Source: Bacteroidales bacterium (GTDB taxonomy: Bacteria; Bacteroidota; Bacteroidia; Bacteroidales; PUMT01). Taken from it: a stretch of 64,000 nucleotides of DNA. The stretch spans positions 5,011-69,010 of the forward strand of contig SLJO01000086.1 in assembly GCA_007135095.1 (NCBI GenBank). The letters run 5' to 3'. The position numbers and the translations under genes were made by a program. The notes beneath the pieces are model-generated. The model worked only from the letters and a program-made list of their open reading frames with translations, did no database searches and was not told the origin of the DNA. Positions 62,835-64,000 of the stretch are shown here, piece after piece; position 1 is the stretch's first letter; the number at the start of each line of letters is the position of its first letter.

Positions 62835-63965
62835 TTATCGTGTATGTTTTCTGCTGCCCTTATAAATAGAGAATTTGGCCAGCCTGCATTCAAGAGGCCC
62901 GTTAAAAAGGACTGTTTTCTTTTCCGGTCTGAGGCCGGTAAATTTGAGCGCCTCGAGATTGCTGCTTAATATCCATGCAGTATATCCGGGATAATTATTT
63001 TTCAGAACATCTCCCATAATAGTATGGAAAGCCTTTATGTTCTCCGGTTTTATCCTTTCTCCATAGGGCGGATTTGTCACCAGTACACCGGGACCTTCAG
63101 GAGGCGTCAGGCTCTCAAAGGAGGACACCCTGAAATCGATCCTTTTGGAAAGAAAAGCATTTCTTGCATTATTCCTTGCTATGCCCACAGCATTTGCCGA
63201 CATATCCGACCCGATTATAACAGGCTTTTCTTTTGGTTCGGGATGTTCCTGGTTATAAATTTTCCCGAAAAGCGCATCATCAAAATCGGGCCACTTTTCA
63301 AATGCAAATTGTTTCCTGTATATCCCGGGGGGAATATTATGTGCCATCATGGCTGCTTCAATGGGGATAGTGCCCGAACCACACATAGGGTCAATAAATA
63401 CAGACCTGCGGTCCCAGCCGGAAAGCATTATTATTGCGGCGGCAAGAACCTCATTGAGCGGTGCCTGGTGAGTGGCTTCACGATACCCCCGTTTATGGAG
63501 CGACTCCCCTGAAGAGTCAAGAAGAAGCATGCATTTGTCGCCGGAAATATGCAGGTTAATCCTTATATCCGGATCATCAGTATTCACGTTTGGCCTTTTT
63601 CCGGTTTTTGCACGAAACTGATCGGCAATGGCATCCTTTACACGCAGTGCTATGTAACCGGAATGGTTGAAGTATGGGGAATTGAGCACACCATCTATCG
63701 CGAAGGTCTGGTTGTCTGACAAAACAGATGACCAATCTACACTGCAGGCGCCCTTGTAGAGTTCCTTTTCATCCCTGGCACGGAACTCATGAAAAGGCTT
63801 TAAAATCCGCAGGGCAGTCCGTGATTGAAAATTAGCCCTGTACAGCACTTCCTTGTCACCGTCAAAATAGACGACCCTGGTGCCTTTCCTGATATTATAT
63901 GCGCCCAGGGTTTCTAATTCTCCGGCCAGCAAATCCTCCAGCCCTTTCAGGGTTTTAGCTACCAT
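62835..63965 (-). CDS. THUMP-domain class I SAM-dependent RNA methyltransferase (RlmL/UPF0020-like)
   Basis: 376 aa. An N-terminal THUMP-like region, DPMCGSGTIPIEA (motif I) and NPPYGERI (motif IV). The reading frame stays open upstream of the ATG at 63965 to the window edge, so the true start may lie outside. Confidence 0.8.
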   Translation of the reverse strand: MVAKTLKGLEDLLAGELETLGAYNIRKGTRVVYFDGDKEVLYRANFQSRTALRILKPFHEFRARDEKELYKGACSVDWSSVLSDNQTFAIDGVLNSPYFNHSGYIALRVKDAIADQFRAKTGKRPNVNTDDPDIRINLHISGDKCMLLLDSSGESLHKRGYREATHQAPLNEVLAAAIIMLSGWDRRSVFIDPMCGSGTIPIEAAMMAHNIPPGIYRKQFAFEKWPDFDDALFGKIYNQEHPEPKEKPVIIGSDMSANAVGIARNNARNAFLSKRIDFRVSSFESLTPPEGPGVLVTNPPYGERIKPENIKAFHTIMGDVLKNNYPGYTAWILSSNLEALKFTGLRPEKKTVLFNGPLECRLAKFSIYKGSRKHTR

Positions 63966-64000
63966 TCCCGGGCTTTGTGAAAATAATTTATTGAATTTCA

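Overview
This window looks like a Bacteroidota-type chromosomal segment. The evidence is a 286-aa primary sigma factor, TAnnTTTG-type -7 promoter boxes, and GH3, DUF1015 and BT_3928-like genes. It holds about 50 tightly packed genes, mostly housekeeping: proS (5' partial), galM, uvrB, rpoD, htrA, dapF, gyrB, ftsE, metX, plsY, cdaA, folP, tmk, tpiA, prmA, rsmE, uvrA, hflK/hflC, yggS, serA/serC, gcvT and clpB, plus a MATE exporter and several methyltransferases. I did not recognise any rRNA, tRNA, CRISPR array, transposase, integrase, phage gene or defence-type nuclease/helicase cluster. I see no clear multi-gene novel system, and most of the window is ordinary core genome. Five things are worth a second look. 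(1) A ~150-nt intergenic element occurs twice in inverted orientation, 30.5 kb apart (17934-18084 and 48471-48625). Both copies carry an identical 13-codon mini-ORF, a hairpin, a T-tract and an outward-facing promoter-like box. (2) A dispersed partner-switching toolkit is present: a SiaB-like kinase with a SiaC-like DUF1987 pair that lacks the SiaA/SiaD partners, an orphan DUF1987 paralog beside rpoD, and an Hpt-STAS bicistron. (3) A GH3-family gene has its conserved N-terminus cut off by an in-frame TAA inside an A6-T-A10 tract. (4) A 1505-aa lipoprotein of unknown function lies directly downstream of prmA. (5) Several uncharacterised gene pairs are present. All calls rest on reading the translations and sequence by eye; no searches were run.
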